Positions 45,419 to 55,340 of a stretch of 64,000 nucleotides of DNA are shown here, piece after piece. Position 1 is the stretch's first letter; each line of letters begins with the position of its first letter. Below the pieces are notes generated by a model. It saw only the letters and a program-made list of their open reading frames with translations, was not told the DNA's origin and made no database searches. The stretch spans positions 2,528,001 through 2,592,000 of the forward strand of contig OZ220696.1 in the NCBI GenBank assembly GCA_965116495.1, read 5' to 3'. A program made the translations under genes and the position numbers. The DNA comes from Gammaproteobacteria bacterium. GTDB lineage: Bacteria; Pseudomonadota; Gammaproteobacteria; Eutrophobiales; Eutrophobiaceae.

Positions 45419-47728
45419 ATGTCAATGAAGAAGGTCAAAACCACACGGCAGAAGATCGGCGAGGTTCGGGATGCCGCGCTGGATTACCACCGGAAATCCC
45501 CTCCCGGAAAACTGACGATCCACTCGACCAAGCCCCTGGCCAACCAGCATGACCTGGCCCTGGCCTATTCGCCGGGTGTGGCCGCCGCCTGCGAAGAGAT
45601 CGTCCGGGACCCGGCGCAGGCGTCTGAACTGACGATCCGGGGCAATCTCGTTGCCGTCATCAGCAACGGCACTGCGGTACTGGGACTTGGCCCTATCGGA
45701 CCGCTTGCGTCCAAACCGGTCATGGAAGGCAAGGCGGTATTATTCAAGAAGTTCTCGGGTATTGACGTGTTCGACCTGGAAGTGAATGAGACCAATCCGG
45801 ATAAACTGGTCGATATCATCGCCAGCCTCGAACCCACCTTCGGCGCCATCAACCTGGAAGATATCAAGGCGCCGGAGTGTTTTATCGTTGAACGGAAACT
45901 GCAGGAACGGCTGAGCATCCCGGTTATCCACGACGACCAGCACGGCACAGCCATCATCGTCGCCGCCGCTATCACCAACGGTCTGCACCTGGTAGGCAAG
46001 AAAATGGAAGAGATCAAGCTGGTCACCTCCGGAGCCGGGGCCGCGGCCCTGGCCTGCCTGGACCTGCTGGTCGCCATGGGCCTGAAGCAAGACAATATCA
46101 TCGTCACCGATATTGCCGGTGTAGTCTACCGCGGCCGCCGGAAAATGATGGATCCATTCAAGTCCCGCTATGCCCGCAAGACGAGGGCGAGAACGCTGGG
46201 AGCGGCAATCAAGAATGCGGACGTGTTCCTGGGCCTGTCCGTAGGGAACGTGCTGAAACCGGCCATGCTGAAACGCATGGCGGACAAGCCCATCATCATG
46301 GCCCTGGCCAACCCCGTTCCGGAAATTCGGCCCGAGATAGCGAAGAAGGCCCGTCCGGACGCCATCATCGCGACCGGACGGTCCGACCTTCCCAACCAGG
46401 TCAATAACGTAATCTGTTTCCCGTACCTGTTCCGCGGCGCGCTCGACGTGGGCGCGACCAGCATCAACGAGGACATGAAGATTGCCTGCGTCAAGGCCAT
46501 TGCCGACCTCGCCATGGCCGAATCATCGGAGGTGGTAAGCAGGGCCTACGGCGGGCGCGACCTGATCTTCGGTCCCGACTACATCATCCCCAAACCGTTC
46601 GACCCGCGCCTGATCGTGCGCCTGGCCCCGGCCGTTGCCAGGGCCGCCATGGACAGTGGCGTGGCTACCAGACCAATCTCCGATTTCAAGAGCTACCGCC
46701 AACGCCTGATCCAGTTCGTATTCCAGACCGGCACTATCATGAACCCGGTATTCGACCAGGCCGCGCGGGACCCGAAACGTATAGCCTATGCCGAAGGGGA
46801 AGAACGCCGCGTGCTCCAGGCCGTGCAACAGGTGATAGATGAGGGACTGGCGCGACCGTTACTGGTCGGGCGCACGGAAGTGATCAACCGTCGTATCCAG
46901 GAACTGGGCCTGGGGATGATCAAGGACAGGGACTTTGAGGTGATCAACCCGGTCAAGGACCGCCGTTGCCCGGAACTGGCCGAGTTGTATCACGGCATCA
47001 AGGGAAGGTCCGGTATCTCACCGGACGAGGCGCGGCGCATAGTGCGTACCCAGTCCTCCGCGCTGGCTGCCCTGCTGTTGATGCACGGCGACGTGGACGC
47101 CATGCTGTGCGGCACCATCGGGCCGTTTATCAATCACCTGACTCACGTGCGCGATATCGTAGGCAAACGTGAGGACGTCAAGGATTTCTCTTCCGTAACG
47201 GTACTGGTACTGCCTGAAGGAACGTTTTTCCTCTGTGATTCCCATGTCCTGCCCATGCCCGGTGTCGAAGACATCGTGGCAATGACACTGCTTGCCGCGG
47301 AGGCCGTGCAGCGCTTCGGCATCAAGCCGCGCATCGCCCTGGTTTCCCATTCCAACTTCGGCACCAGGAATAACGAATCCTCCGAAAAAATGCGCGCCGC
47401 GGCAAAAATCCTGCAGGCGCGCGAACCGCAACTGGTAGTGGAAGGCGAGATGCACGCCGATGCCGCCATATCGGAAGCCATTCGCGCCAATGCATTTCCC
47501 GACTCAAAACTGCGCGGCCGCGCCAACACGTTAATCCTGCCCAATATAGACGCGGCCAATATCTCGTTTAACCTGCTGAAGATGCTGGGCGGCGGCGTCA
47601 CCGTGGGACCGGTACTGGTGGGGGCTGCGAGACCAGCGCATATCCTGACGAACGCCTCGACCGCACACGGGATAGTCAACATGTCCGCACTGGCCGTGGT
47701 GGAGGCACAGAGCCGGACGCTGGCGTGA
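45419..47728 (+). CDS. maeB: NADP-dependent malic enzyme with PTA-like domain
   Basis: LAYSPGVA, KPVMEGK, HDDQHGTA, GAGAA, C-terminal SHSNFG...EGEMHADAA. Confidence 0.95.
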   Translation: MSMKKVKTTRQKIGEVRDAALDYHRKSPPGKLTIHSTKPLANQHDLALAYSPGVAAACEEIVRDPAQASELTIRGNLVAVISNGTAVLGLGPIGPLASKPVMEGKAVLFKKFSGIDVFDLEVNETNPDKLVDIIASLEPTFGAINLEDIKAPECFIVERKLQERLSIPVIHDDQHGTAIIVAAAITNGLHLVGKKMEEIKLVTSGAGAAALACLDLLVAMGLKQDNIIVTDIAGVVYRGRRKMMDPFKSRYARKTRARTLGAAIKNADVFLGLSVGNVLKPAMLKRMADKPIIMALANPVPEIRPEIAKKARPDAIIATGRSDLPNQVNNVICFPYLFRGALDVGATSINEDMKIACVKAIADLAMAESSEVVSRAYGGRDLIFGPDYIIPKPFDPRLIVRLAPAVARAAMDSGVATRPISDFKSYRQRLIQFVFQTGTIMNPVFDQAARDPKRIAYAEGEERRVLQAVQQVIDEGLARPLLVGRTEVINRRIQELGLGMIKDRDFEVINPVKDRRCPELAELYHGIKGRSGISPDEARRIVRTQSSALAALLLMHGDVDAMLCGTIGPFINHLTHVRDIVGKREDVKDFSSVTVLVLPEGTFFLCDSHVLPMPGVEDIVAMTLLAAEAVQRFGIKPRIALVSHSNFGTRNNESSEKMRAAAKILQAREPQLVVEGEMHADAAISEAIRANAFPDSKLRGRANTLILPNIDAANISFNLLKMLGGGVTVGPVLVGAARPAHILTNASTAHGIVNMSALAVVEAQSRTLA

Positions 47729-47850
47729 CGAGATAAAGGACTTGTCAACAAAGATTTAGCTCTGCCTTTCACCTGATTATCTCCAGGCGGGATACGGCCG
47801 GTTACCACATAGTTTTAAACCCGTCAGGTCTGTTTTATGGGTGTGTTTTG

Positions 47851-48336
47851 TCAAGATCCGCGGGTAAATACGACATTTTCCGGCTTTTTCCGGACCACGA
47901 CAGTCCCCGACAGCTTGTCATGCCAGCCCTGTTTCCTCTTGTCGAACGCTATCCAGATAAAACCCAGCCCGAGCGGCAACATAGATAACAGGTAGCCGAC
48001 ATACCTGGCGATATATCGGGGAGTGGATGGATGTTCTCCGGTAACCGCATCAACTACCTTGGCGGATATGGCCATCTTGCCCGGTGTCGCTCCATTGAAT
48101 ACCCAGAACAGGATCACGTATGCTGCCGGCAGCAACGGGGAAATAAGAAAATCCAGCAGGAGATCTGTCGTTGCGACATAAGCAAACCCGAACATGATTG
48201 GTGATAAAGGTGTGGTAATGAGCGCGATTAAAAAACCGTCAATGAGGAATGCCCAGGCGCGTATCCAGAAGCCGGCATATTCAAGATCATCTCGTTCTGT
48301 TTTCTCCACCTGCTCTGTTTCCATTGCTTTTGACAT
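47851..48336 (-). CDS. RDD family membrane protein
   Basis: YAGFWIR..AFLID, ATPGKM, KQGWHDKLSGTVVV. Confidence 0.9.
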   Translation of the reverse strand: MSKAMETEQVEKTERDDLEYAGFWIRAWAFLIDGFLIALITTPLSPIMFGFAYVATTDLLLDFLISPLLPAAYVILFWVFNGATPGKMAISAKVVDAVTGEHPSTPRYIARYVGYLLSMLPLGLGFIWIAFDKRKQGWHDKLSGTVVVRKKPENVVFTRGS

Positions 48337-48534
48337 ATTTTTTCAGGATCCGACATTGTAAACCATTCATATGCGCTTTCTTATGCGTTTTCTATCAATA
48401 ATTCCCTTGTCGAAGGTTAAAGAAATAAAGGCCAGTTCCGGTATTTCTCAGTAAGTTAATATTGCAATACTCACACCATTACAATAGAATTTGTATTAGA
48501 AAATGCAACGTTTTAGTTGTCGAGAGGCATCACA

Positions 48535-49461
48535 ATGGAAAAATACGTAATTCCTGGTGATTTTGACGACGCAAGTCTGAAGTACCTTTACATGTCGAGG
48601 CGTCTCGGGACTATGCGGGCTGCAGCGGATGCACTTGGAGTTTCACCATCATCTGTCAGCAGGCAGATCTCCCACCTGGAGGAAAAACTGGGCGTTGAAC
48701 TGGTTGAAAAACGCAGTCACAAGGTCCGTCTGAGTCAGGCCGGACAATTCGTATACGAATACTATAAGGAACGTCTGGTGCATAAGGAGGTGTTGCTGAC
48801 CAATCTGGATGATTTGAAAGGCATGCGCAAAGGACATTATACGCTGGCTGTAAGCGAAGGCTTCATCAGCACTATGCTGTTCAACACGCTGGCCGCCTAT
48901 GCTACGGCTTATCCCGGTGTTCGACTGGACATAATCACCTCCAGCACCCAGGAAATAATCAATATGGTATCCGAGGATCTTGCCCATATAGGATTCATCT
49001 TCGAAACATCTCCCGACCCGCGCATTCGCGTCAAGTTCGTCATTGATCAATCGCACAAGGCCATCATGTCCAGTACACATCCATTGGCGAAACAAGACTC
49101 GGTAAACCTGCGCGATCTGGCTAAGTTCCCTCTCATACTGCCGAAACAGGAATTTCGAATTCGCCATGCCCTCAGCATAGTTGAGCAGGCGCAAGGCATC
49201 CGGCTGCAGCCCACGATCGCTACGAATTCGATATTATTGATGCGGGAGCTTGTAAAACACATGGAGGGAGTTTCTATAATTTCAGAGCTGTCCGTCAACG
49301 ACGAACTTGATTCCGGCAATCTCGTTGCGCTCCCGATCAATGACGAAGAGTTGCAGGATGCAAAAATTGATGTAATTACCCGGCTTGGTCGCGTACTTCC
49401 CGCGGGAGCGCAGGCGATTCTAGATATTTTGGCTCGGGAAATGAACAAGCCTCAGCGTTAA
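48535..49461 (+). CDS. LysR family transcriptional regulator
   Basis: GTMRAAADALGVSPSSVSRQISHLEEKLG, LSQAG. Confidence 0.92.
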   Translation: MEKYVIPGDFDDASLKYLYMSRRLGTMRAAADALGVSPSSVSRQISHLEEKLGVELVEKRSHKVRLSQAGQFVYEYYKERLVHKEVLLTNLDDLKGMRKGHYTLAVSEGFISTMLFNTLAAYATAYPGVRLDIITSSTQEIINMVSEDLAHIGFIFETSPDPRIRVKFVIDQSHKAIMSSTHPLAKQDSVNLRDLAKFPLILPKQEFRIRHALSIVEQAQGIRLQPTIATNSILLMRELVKHMEGVSIISELSVNDELDSGNLVALPINDEELQDAKIDVITRLGRVLPAGAQAILDILAREMNKPQR

Positions 49462-49482
49462 TCCGGAATTCAGGGTAAGGAC

Positions 49483-50406
49483 ATGGCTGAGATCAACCGA
49501 TTGTCAGGTGTACTGTGCCCTGTTGTTACACCATTCAATCCCGACCTCACTGTTGATTCCGGGCGCCTGGAAAGACATTGCCGCTGGTTATTATCCAATG
49601 GGGCGGGCCTGGCATTGTTCGGCACCAATTCTGAAGCAAACTCACTATCGGTTCATGAAAAAATCGAACTTCTCAACTTAATTGTTGAAAACGGCCTGCC
49701 GCCTCACCGCATGATGCCGGGCACCGGATGTGTTGCTTTGCCCGACTCTGTGCGACTCACGAAAGCAGCAGTCAAGCTGAACTGTGCGGGGGTACTCGTG
49801 CTCCCGCCATTTTATTATAAGGGCGTCTCCGATGCCGGTCTTTTCAGAAGTTATGCAGAAATAATTGAGCAAGTTGGTGATGTTCGCCTGAAAATTTATC
49901 TCTACAACATCCCACAATTGACAGGGATTCGCATTACCTCAGCGTTGGTAGAAAAACTTCTCAAAGAATATCCTGATTGTATTGCCGGCCTCAAGGACAG
50001 TGCCGGAGACTGGACCTATACGAAAAATATGATCGAATCGTTTTCGTCATCGGGGTTTGATGTATTCCCAGCCAGCGAGGTGTTCCTGACAGACGCAATG
50101 AAAATCGGCGGTAAGGGTTGTATCAGCGCTACGGTAAACGTAAATCCCGGTGGGGTCGTCACCATGTGGGCTGGTCAGCCGGACAATTCATCTGATGAGG
50201 GCCAGCCGGGTGCCATAAACATCAGAAAAATCTTCGAAAAATATCCGCTGATTGCTGCTCTCAAAGCGGCTATTGCACACTTTGCTGATGACCCGGACTG
50301 GTTTCGGGTACGTCCTCCTCTTGATCAACTGACTACAGAACAGACAAATATCCTGATAGAAGAACTGATGGAGGCCGGGTTTTTCATGAAGTTTGAAAGT
50401 TCGTAA
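49483..50406 (+). CDS. Dihydrodipicolinate synthase family lyase/aldolase
   Basis: VVTPF, FGTNSE, PPFYYK, LYNIP, GLKDS. Confidence 0.88.
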   Translation: MAEINRLSGVLCPVVTPFNPDLTVDSGRLERHCRWLLSNGAGLALFGTNSEANSLSVHEKIELLNLIVENGLPPHRMMPGTGCVALPDSVRLTKAAVKLNCAGVLVLPPFYYKGVSDAGLFRSYAEIIEQVGDVRLKIYLYNIPQLTGIRITSALVEKLLKEYPDCIAGLKDSAGDWTYTKNMIESFSSSGFDVFPASEVFLTDAMKIGGKGCISATVNVNPGGVVTMWAGQPDNSSDEGQPGAINIRKIFEKYPLIAALKAAIAHFADDPDWFRVRPPLDQLTTEQTNILIEELMEAGFFMKFESS

Positions 50407-50715
50407 ACATTGCGTGAAATGCAATAAATTTATTATTTCGAGCTATTGATAGCATAGTTTTTACTGAATACCCTCCACAATGTTCGGCAAAGCGCTTGCC
50501 AGCGGAAATCTTGAAAATTTTGTTTTACCACGCGCAAAGCCCAATCCTGTAGCACTGCGAAAAGTAATCGGTGGAGTACTGGCCAGGGTATTGATTCCGG
50601 CAGGAGCGCTACAGGACAGGTGGTGTGAATTGTTGCCATAGGTCGCTGCGGCTGAAATTTAGCGGTAAGCACCCTCTATGCTGAGGTAGTTTTGTACCTG
50701 TACAATGTCTGAACC

Positions 50716-52788
50716 ATGAGTTCCATTGGCATAGACATCGGCGGCACCTTTACCGACGTCGTCGTCATGGGTGATGACGGTTCCGTCAGTACGACCAAGT
50801 CGCCATCGACGCCGGGCCAGTTGCAGGAAGGGCTGCTGCGGGCACTAACGGCGGCGGCAGAGAAGGAAAAGACCGATCTTGTTACCCTGCTTGGCCGCAT
50901 CGACCGGATCGCCCACGGCACTACCGCTGCGACCAATGCGTTTATCGAACGGCGCGGCGCCAGGGTGGCGCTGCTGACCACGCGCGGGTTTGAGGACACC
51001 ATGATCATGCAGCGGATGATGGGCATGACCGCCGGTCTCAGTCCCTCCGAGTTGACCGATTATTCAAACCGGAGTGTTCCTGACCCGATAGTTCCCCGAT
51101 CGCTGATATTCGGAATCAGCGAGCGTATCGATTATCGCGGTGACGTGATTGCACCGCTGGCTGAACAGGAAGTGTACGATGCCGCCGCCAGGATCAAGGA
51201 GGCCGGGATTGAGGCAGTGGCCGTCTCTTACCTCTGGTCGTTCAAGAATACCGCCCATGAAAACAGGACCCGGGAAATCCTTGCCGGGGAACTGCCCGGT
51301 GTTTACCTGTCGTTGTCCTGCGAACTGGTGCCGCGCCTGGGAGAATATGAACGCACGGCGACGACTGTCATCAACGCCTACCTGGGTCCCCTGGTACGCA
51401 ACTATACCGATGAGCTTAACCGGCGGCTGGGTAACAACCGCTTGTTTTTGCTGGATTCCTGCGGCGGGGTTATGACCCCCGACGAAGCTGGCCGGGCGCC
51501 TGTGCGGTTATTGCTCTCCGGCCCATCCGGCGGCGTCACCGCGGCGAAGTACATGGGCAATATGTGCGGCCACGAAAATATCATCTCATTCGACATGGGG
51601 GGGACCTCCACGGACGTGGCCGTGATTGCAGGGGGAGAAGCGAGCAGGCGCAAGGAAACCGTTGCGGATAAATATCACCTGTTGCTTCCCATGCTGGATG
51701 TGCGGGCTATTGGCGCCGGAGGAGGATCAGTCGCGGGTGTAGAGGAAGGCGGATACATCTACGTAGGACCTGAGAGTGCGGGTGCAGAGCCCGGTCCCGC
51801 CTGTTACGGACGTGGAGGAGAACGCCCAACCGTGACCGACGCCGACGTGGTTCTCGGCATAATCGACCCTGCCGGGTTTCTGGGCGGGAAACTGGCTCTG
51901 GACCGGGAACAAGCGCGTGAGGCAGTCAGGCTTCATGTGGCCGACCCGCTCAAGCTGTCGGTCGAGGAAGCGGCCGCCGGCATCAAGCGGATTGTGGATG
52001 CGCGCATGGCGGATTTACTGAGGACCGTTACCATCGAGCAGGGCCACGACGCCCGAGAATTTGTGCTGTACGCATTCGGCGGTGCTGGCCCTGCCCATGC
52101 GCCGGCATTTGCCCTGGACGTGGTCGAAGAGGTACTGATCCCTTCCAGTCAGTCCGTTTTCTGCGCATTTGGCGCGGTTGCCTCCGACATTACGTTAAGC
52201 GTGGGCCGTGCAGAACCGAAACGCTACGGCAGGGATGGAAAAGGCGCCGTTGAACTTTCCGGCATCGAAGCCATATTCAGTGATCTTGAAGAACAGGCCA
52301 ATGAATCCCTGGCCCTGCAGAATGTAGCGCCGGAACGCCGCCGCTTCCGTCGCATTGTAGAGGTGCGTTTTATCCGCCAGACAAAGTCCCTGGCGGTGCC
52401 GTTCCCCGGCACGATTGAGGGTCTCATTGAAAGCTTCCTTGATGCGTATAAAAAACGCTACGGCGCCGAAGCTGTACCCGAAAAGGCAGGGTTCGAGTTC
52501 GTCACCTACGTCGTTGAGGCCGTCGGTCTGCTGCCCCGTCCTGACTGTGCCCGCTATCCATCCGCCGGAGAGGACGCGAACCAGGCTGTAAAAGGAAGTC
52601 GCCCGGTTTATGATATGGTGAAACAGGAATTCGTCGATACGCCCATATTCCGGGGGGAGGCACTGCAATACGGCAACTGTATTGACGGGCCCGCGATTAT
52701 TGAATATGAGACTACAACGGTTGCAATTCATGCAGGACAAAGGGCAACAGTCGATGAGTTCCTGGGCATTTCCATCAGGAGAACTTGA
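50716..52788 (+). CDS. Hydantoinase A/oxoprolinase family ATP-binding subunit
   Basis: GIDIGGTFTD, HGTTAATNA, EYERTATT, DMGGTSTD, GAGGGS, GPACYGRGG. Confidence 0.92.
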   Translation: MSSIGIDIGGTFTDVVVMGDDGSVSTTKSPSTPGQLQEGLLRALTAAAEKEKTDLVTLLGRIDRIAHGTTAATNAFIERRGARVALLTTRGFEDTMIMQRMMGMTAGLSPSELTDYSNRSVPDPIVPRSLIFGISERIDYRGDVIAPLAEQEVYDAAARIKEAGIEAVAVSYLWSFKNTAHENRTREILAGELPGVYLSLSCELVPRLGEYERTATTVINAYLGPLVRNYTDELNRRLGNNRLFLLDSCGGVMTPDEAGRAPVRLLLSGPSGGVTAAKYMGNMCGHENIISFDMGGTSTDVAVIAGGEASRRKETVADKYHLLLPMLDVRAIGAGGGSVAGVEEGGYIYVGPESAGAEPGPACYGRGGERPTVTDADVVLGIIDPAGFLGGKLALDREQAREAVRLHVADPLKLSVEEAAAGIKRIVDARMADLLRTVTIEQGHDAREFVLYAFGGAGPAHAPAFALDVVEEVLIPSSQSVFCAFGAVASDITLSVGRAEPKRYGRDGKGAVELSGIEAIFSDLEEQANESLALQNVAPERRRFRRIVEVRFIRQTKSLAVPFPGTIEGLIESFLDAYKKRYGAEAVPEKAGFEFVTYVVEAVGLLPRPDCARYPSAGEDANQAVKGSRPVYDMVKQEFVDTPIFRGEALQYGNCIDGPAIIEYETTTVAIHAGQRATVDEFLGISIRRT

Positions 52789-52824
52789 TGACTGTGATAA
52801 CGCAGGTCGCAGGGGGACGGGTCG

Positions 52825-52926
52825 TGTTAGTGGGGTCAGGTCGCACATTGCACATGCTCTTGGATTCCCGAGTGCATGGGACAGCCCCACAGTTCATGTG
52901 CAATGTGCGACCTGACCCCACTAACA
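52825..52926. repeat. Family B element with perfect 32-bp inverted arms
   Basis: TGTTAGTGGGGTCAGGTCGCACATTGCACATG (52825-52856) and its exact reverse complement (52895-52926). Confidence 0.92.
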
Positions 52927-52938
52927 TACCGGTAGAGT

Positions 52939-55236
52939 GTGATGACTGATAATACTGATTACGTACTGGGGCCGGCCATTGCCGACTGGGAGGTTTTGAA
53001 AAAACCTCTCGCCGTAGACCCTGTCACCTTTGAGATCATCCGCCACAAGCTGGCCGCGATCAATGAAGAACAGGCCCTGGCCCTGAAAGCGGTATCGGTC
53101 TCTCCCATCGTCGCCGGCGCCGGCGATTTCAATAATGCGCTGTTCACGGCTGACGGCAGGCTGGCATCCATGGGTCCCCAGGTGGTGTTTCACTCCGGCG
53201 CCATGCCTGTCATCCTCAGGCACGTGATGGCAGACTTTGCCGATGAAGAGTTTGCCGAAGGAGATATGTATATCGTCAACGATCCCTACAAAGGCGCCGT
53301 ACACCACCCCGACGTGAGTATTATGGCCCCGTTGTTTTTTCAGGGGCGGCTGGTTGCCTGGGCCGGTGTCACCGCGCACCAGGTGGATATGGGCGGCATG
53401 GCCGTCGGTTCCGTCTCGGTGCGGGCTACGGAAAAACAGCAGGAAGGCCTGATGATGCCGCCCATGCGTATCGTCGAAAAGGGCAAACTGCGCAAGGACA
53501 TCTGGCGCATGATCATGAACATGACCCGCCAGCCGCAAATGGTCGGGCTGGATCTCAGCGGGTTTATCGCCTCCAACGTGGTAGCCCGGGACCGGCTGAC
53601 CGAACTCATGGAGCAATACGGCGCGGACACCGTTTTGACCGTGATGGAAGAGTTGATCCGTTATTCGGAACGAAAAACCCGGGAACACCTGCAAACCCTG
53701 CCCGATGGCGAGGTCAGGACCTGCGGCTACCTGGACCATGACGGCAGGGAAAACAAGGTCTACCGCACCGACGTCAGGATTATCAAGGAAGGTGACCGGT
53801 TGACCATAGACATGTCCGACTCATCGCCGCAGGCGTCCGGTTATATCAACTGCACGGAGGGTTGCCTGGTAGGCGCCATCTTCGGCGGCGTGGCGCCCCT
53901 GTTGGGCTCCGGCATACCCTGGAACCAGGGCATCCTGAACAGTATCGAGGTGATTGCGCCCAAGGGCCTGATATGCAATGCAATCGCCCCGGCGGCTACC
54001 GGCGCCGCAACCATCGGCCAGGGTTGGGTGATTACGTTGACGACCGCACATGCCATATCGAAGTTGCTGGCGCTGTCCGAGGAGAGCCGGAAACATTCAC
54101 AGGGCGTGACCCACGGCACCATGGCGGCGCTGTTTACCGGCGATACCAACCAGCACGGCGAACCTTTCGGCAACCAGTTGATCGACGCGCAGGTCGGTGG
54201 CGGCGGCGCCAACCCGTTTGCGGACGGCCTGGACCAGACCGGCTGTTTCGTCTCGCCCAGACCCCACATCCCCAATATTGAATACAACGAAATCCACAGC
54301 CCCATGCTGTTCCTTTACCGTTCATTCTTCCCGGATACGGGCGGGGACGGCGAGCAGCGCGGCGGCCGCGCGGCCGGCACCGCCTGGACACCCCACGGGG
54401 TGGAACGCCTGCGTTGTTCCCTCACCTCCCACGGCGTTGAAGTGCCTATATCCTACGGCCAGTTCGGCGGTTTCCCCGGGGTGTGCAGCAATGCCATGAT
54501 TATTCATGAGTCGGATATCAGGAGCAAATATGCCCAGGGCGAATTGCCCTTGAAGCTGGAAGACGTGCTCGCGCCTATAGACCTGGATGAACTGGGAGGG
54601 CAGCCGCAGGTACTCGCGGCCAAACAGGATGAGCTGCCCCTGTTTCCGGGCGACATTGTGCAATATACCTGGCAGGGCGGCGGTGGCTACGGCGACCCGC
54701 TGCAACGCACACCGGAGGCGGTGGCAGCCGACGTGGCGGCAGGATACATCTCGGCACGGCGGGCGCTGGACGTCTACGGCGTCGTACCTGGCGAAGACAC
54801 GGGAAAAACCGCACAGCGTCGCAAACGGATGCGGCAACATCGTCTGGCAAACGCCCACCCGCCTTCCCGCACATCAGGCAACCAGCGTGACACAGGCGCT
54901 CCGCTTTCCCGTTTCGGCGCCGGCCTGATCCTGGCTCACACGAAAACGGAAGAACTGCAATTCGAATGCGAGTGTGGTCACATCTTCTGTAGCGCCAGGG
55001 ATAACTGGAAAGATCATGCTGCATATCACAGCCTGGAAAGCGATGAGCTTCCGGCAGGGATAAGACTGCATGAGACGATGGAACTGGTCGGGTACTTATG
55101 TCCTGCGTGCGGCCGGCAACACTCACTCGACGTAAAACAGAAGGACGCTGCACCGTTGCACGACCTGAAGATAACCCGCTGGGCGGACCGGGAAAAACAT
55201 CCTACCGTCATTCCTGCGAAGGCAGGAACCCAGTAG
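52939..55236 (+). CDS. Hydantoinase B/oxoprolinase subunit with C-terminal acetone-carboxylase-gamma-like domain
   Basis: DPVTFEII, NDPYKGAVHHPD, HQVDMGG, GGGGYGDPL; C-terminal CECGH...NWK...CPACG. Confidence 0.88.
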   Translation: MMTDNTDYVLGPAIADWEVLKKPLAVDPVTFEIIRHKLAAINEEQALALKAVSVSPIVAGAGDFNNALFTADGRLASMGPQVVFHSGAMPVILRHVMADFADEEFAEGDMYIVNDPYKGAVHHPDVSIMAPLFFQGRLVAWAGVTAHQVDMGGMAVGSVSVRATEKQQEGLMMPPMRIVEKGKLRKDIWRMIMNMTRQPQMVGLDLSGFIASNVVARDRLTELMEQYGADTVLTVMEELIRYSERKTREHLQTLPDGEVRTCGYLDHDGRENKVYRTDVRIIKEGDRLTIDMSDSSPQASGYINCTEGCLVGAIFGGVAPLLGSGIPWNQGILNSIEVIAPKGLICNAIAPAATGAATIGQGWVITLTTAHAISKLLALSEESRKHSQGVTHGTMAALFTGDTNQHGEPFGNQLIDAQVGGGGANPFADGLDQTGCFVSPRPHIPNIEYNEIHSPMLFLYRSFFPDTGGDGEQRGGRAAGTAWTPHGVERLRCSLTSHGVEVPISYGQFGGFPGVCSNAMIIHESDIRSKYAQGELPLKLEDVLAPIDLDELGGQPQVLAAKQDELPLFPGDIVQYTWQGGGGYGDPLQRTPEAVAADVAAGYISARRALDVYGVVPGEDTGKTAQRRKRMRQHRLANAHPPSRTSGNQRDTGAPLSRFGAGLILAHTKTEELQFECECGHIFCSARDNWKDHAAYHSLESDELPAGIRLHETMELVGYLCPACGRQHSLDVKQKDAAPLHDLKITRWADREKHPTVIPAKAGTQ
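55206..55234 (+). repeat. REP-like palindrome, family A, inside the gene 3' end
   Basis: CGTCATTCCTGCGAAGGCAGGAACCCAGT translated as VIPAKAGTQ-stop. Confidence 0.85.
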
Positions 55237-55257
55237 ATAATATCTTCTTACGCCGCA

Positions 55258-55281
55258 GGGGACAGACTTAAGTCTGTCCCC
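55258..55281. repeat. REP-like palindrome, family B
   Basis: GGGGACAGACTTAAGTCTGTCCCC, perfect palindrome. Confidence 0.85.
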
Positions 55282-55340
55282 GAAGGGTGTCCAGCGGACA
55301 ACGAAGGTGCCTCAGAGCCTGTCCTTTGTTACCATAAACC

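Noticed and set aside
50407-50715. 79-aa ORF or gene remnant between the DHDPS-family and hydantoinase A genes
   Set aside because: No motif in the frames I examined; left as unexplained intergenic sequence.
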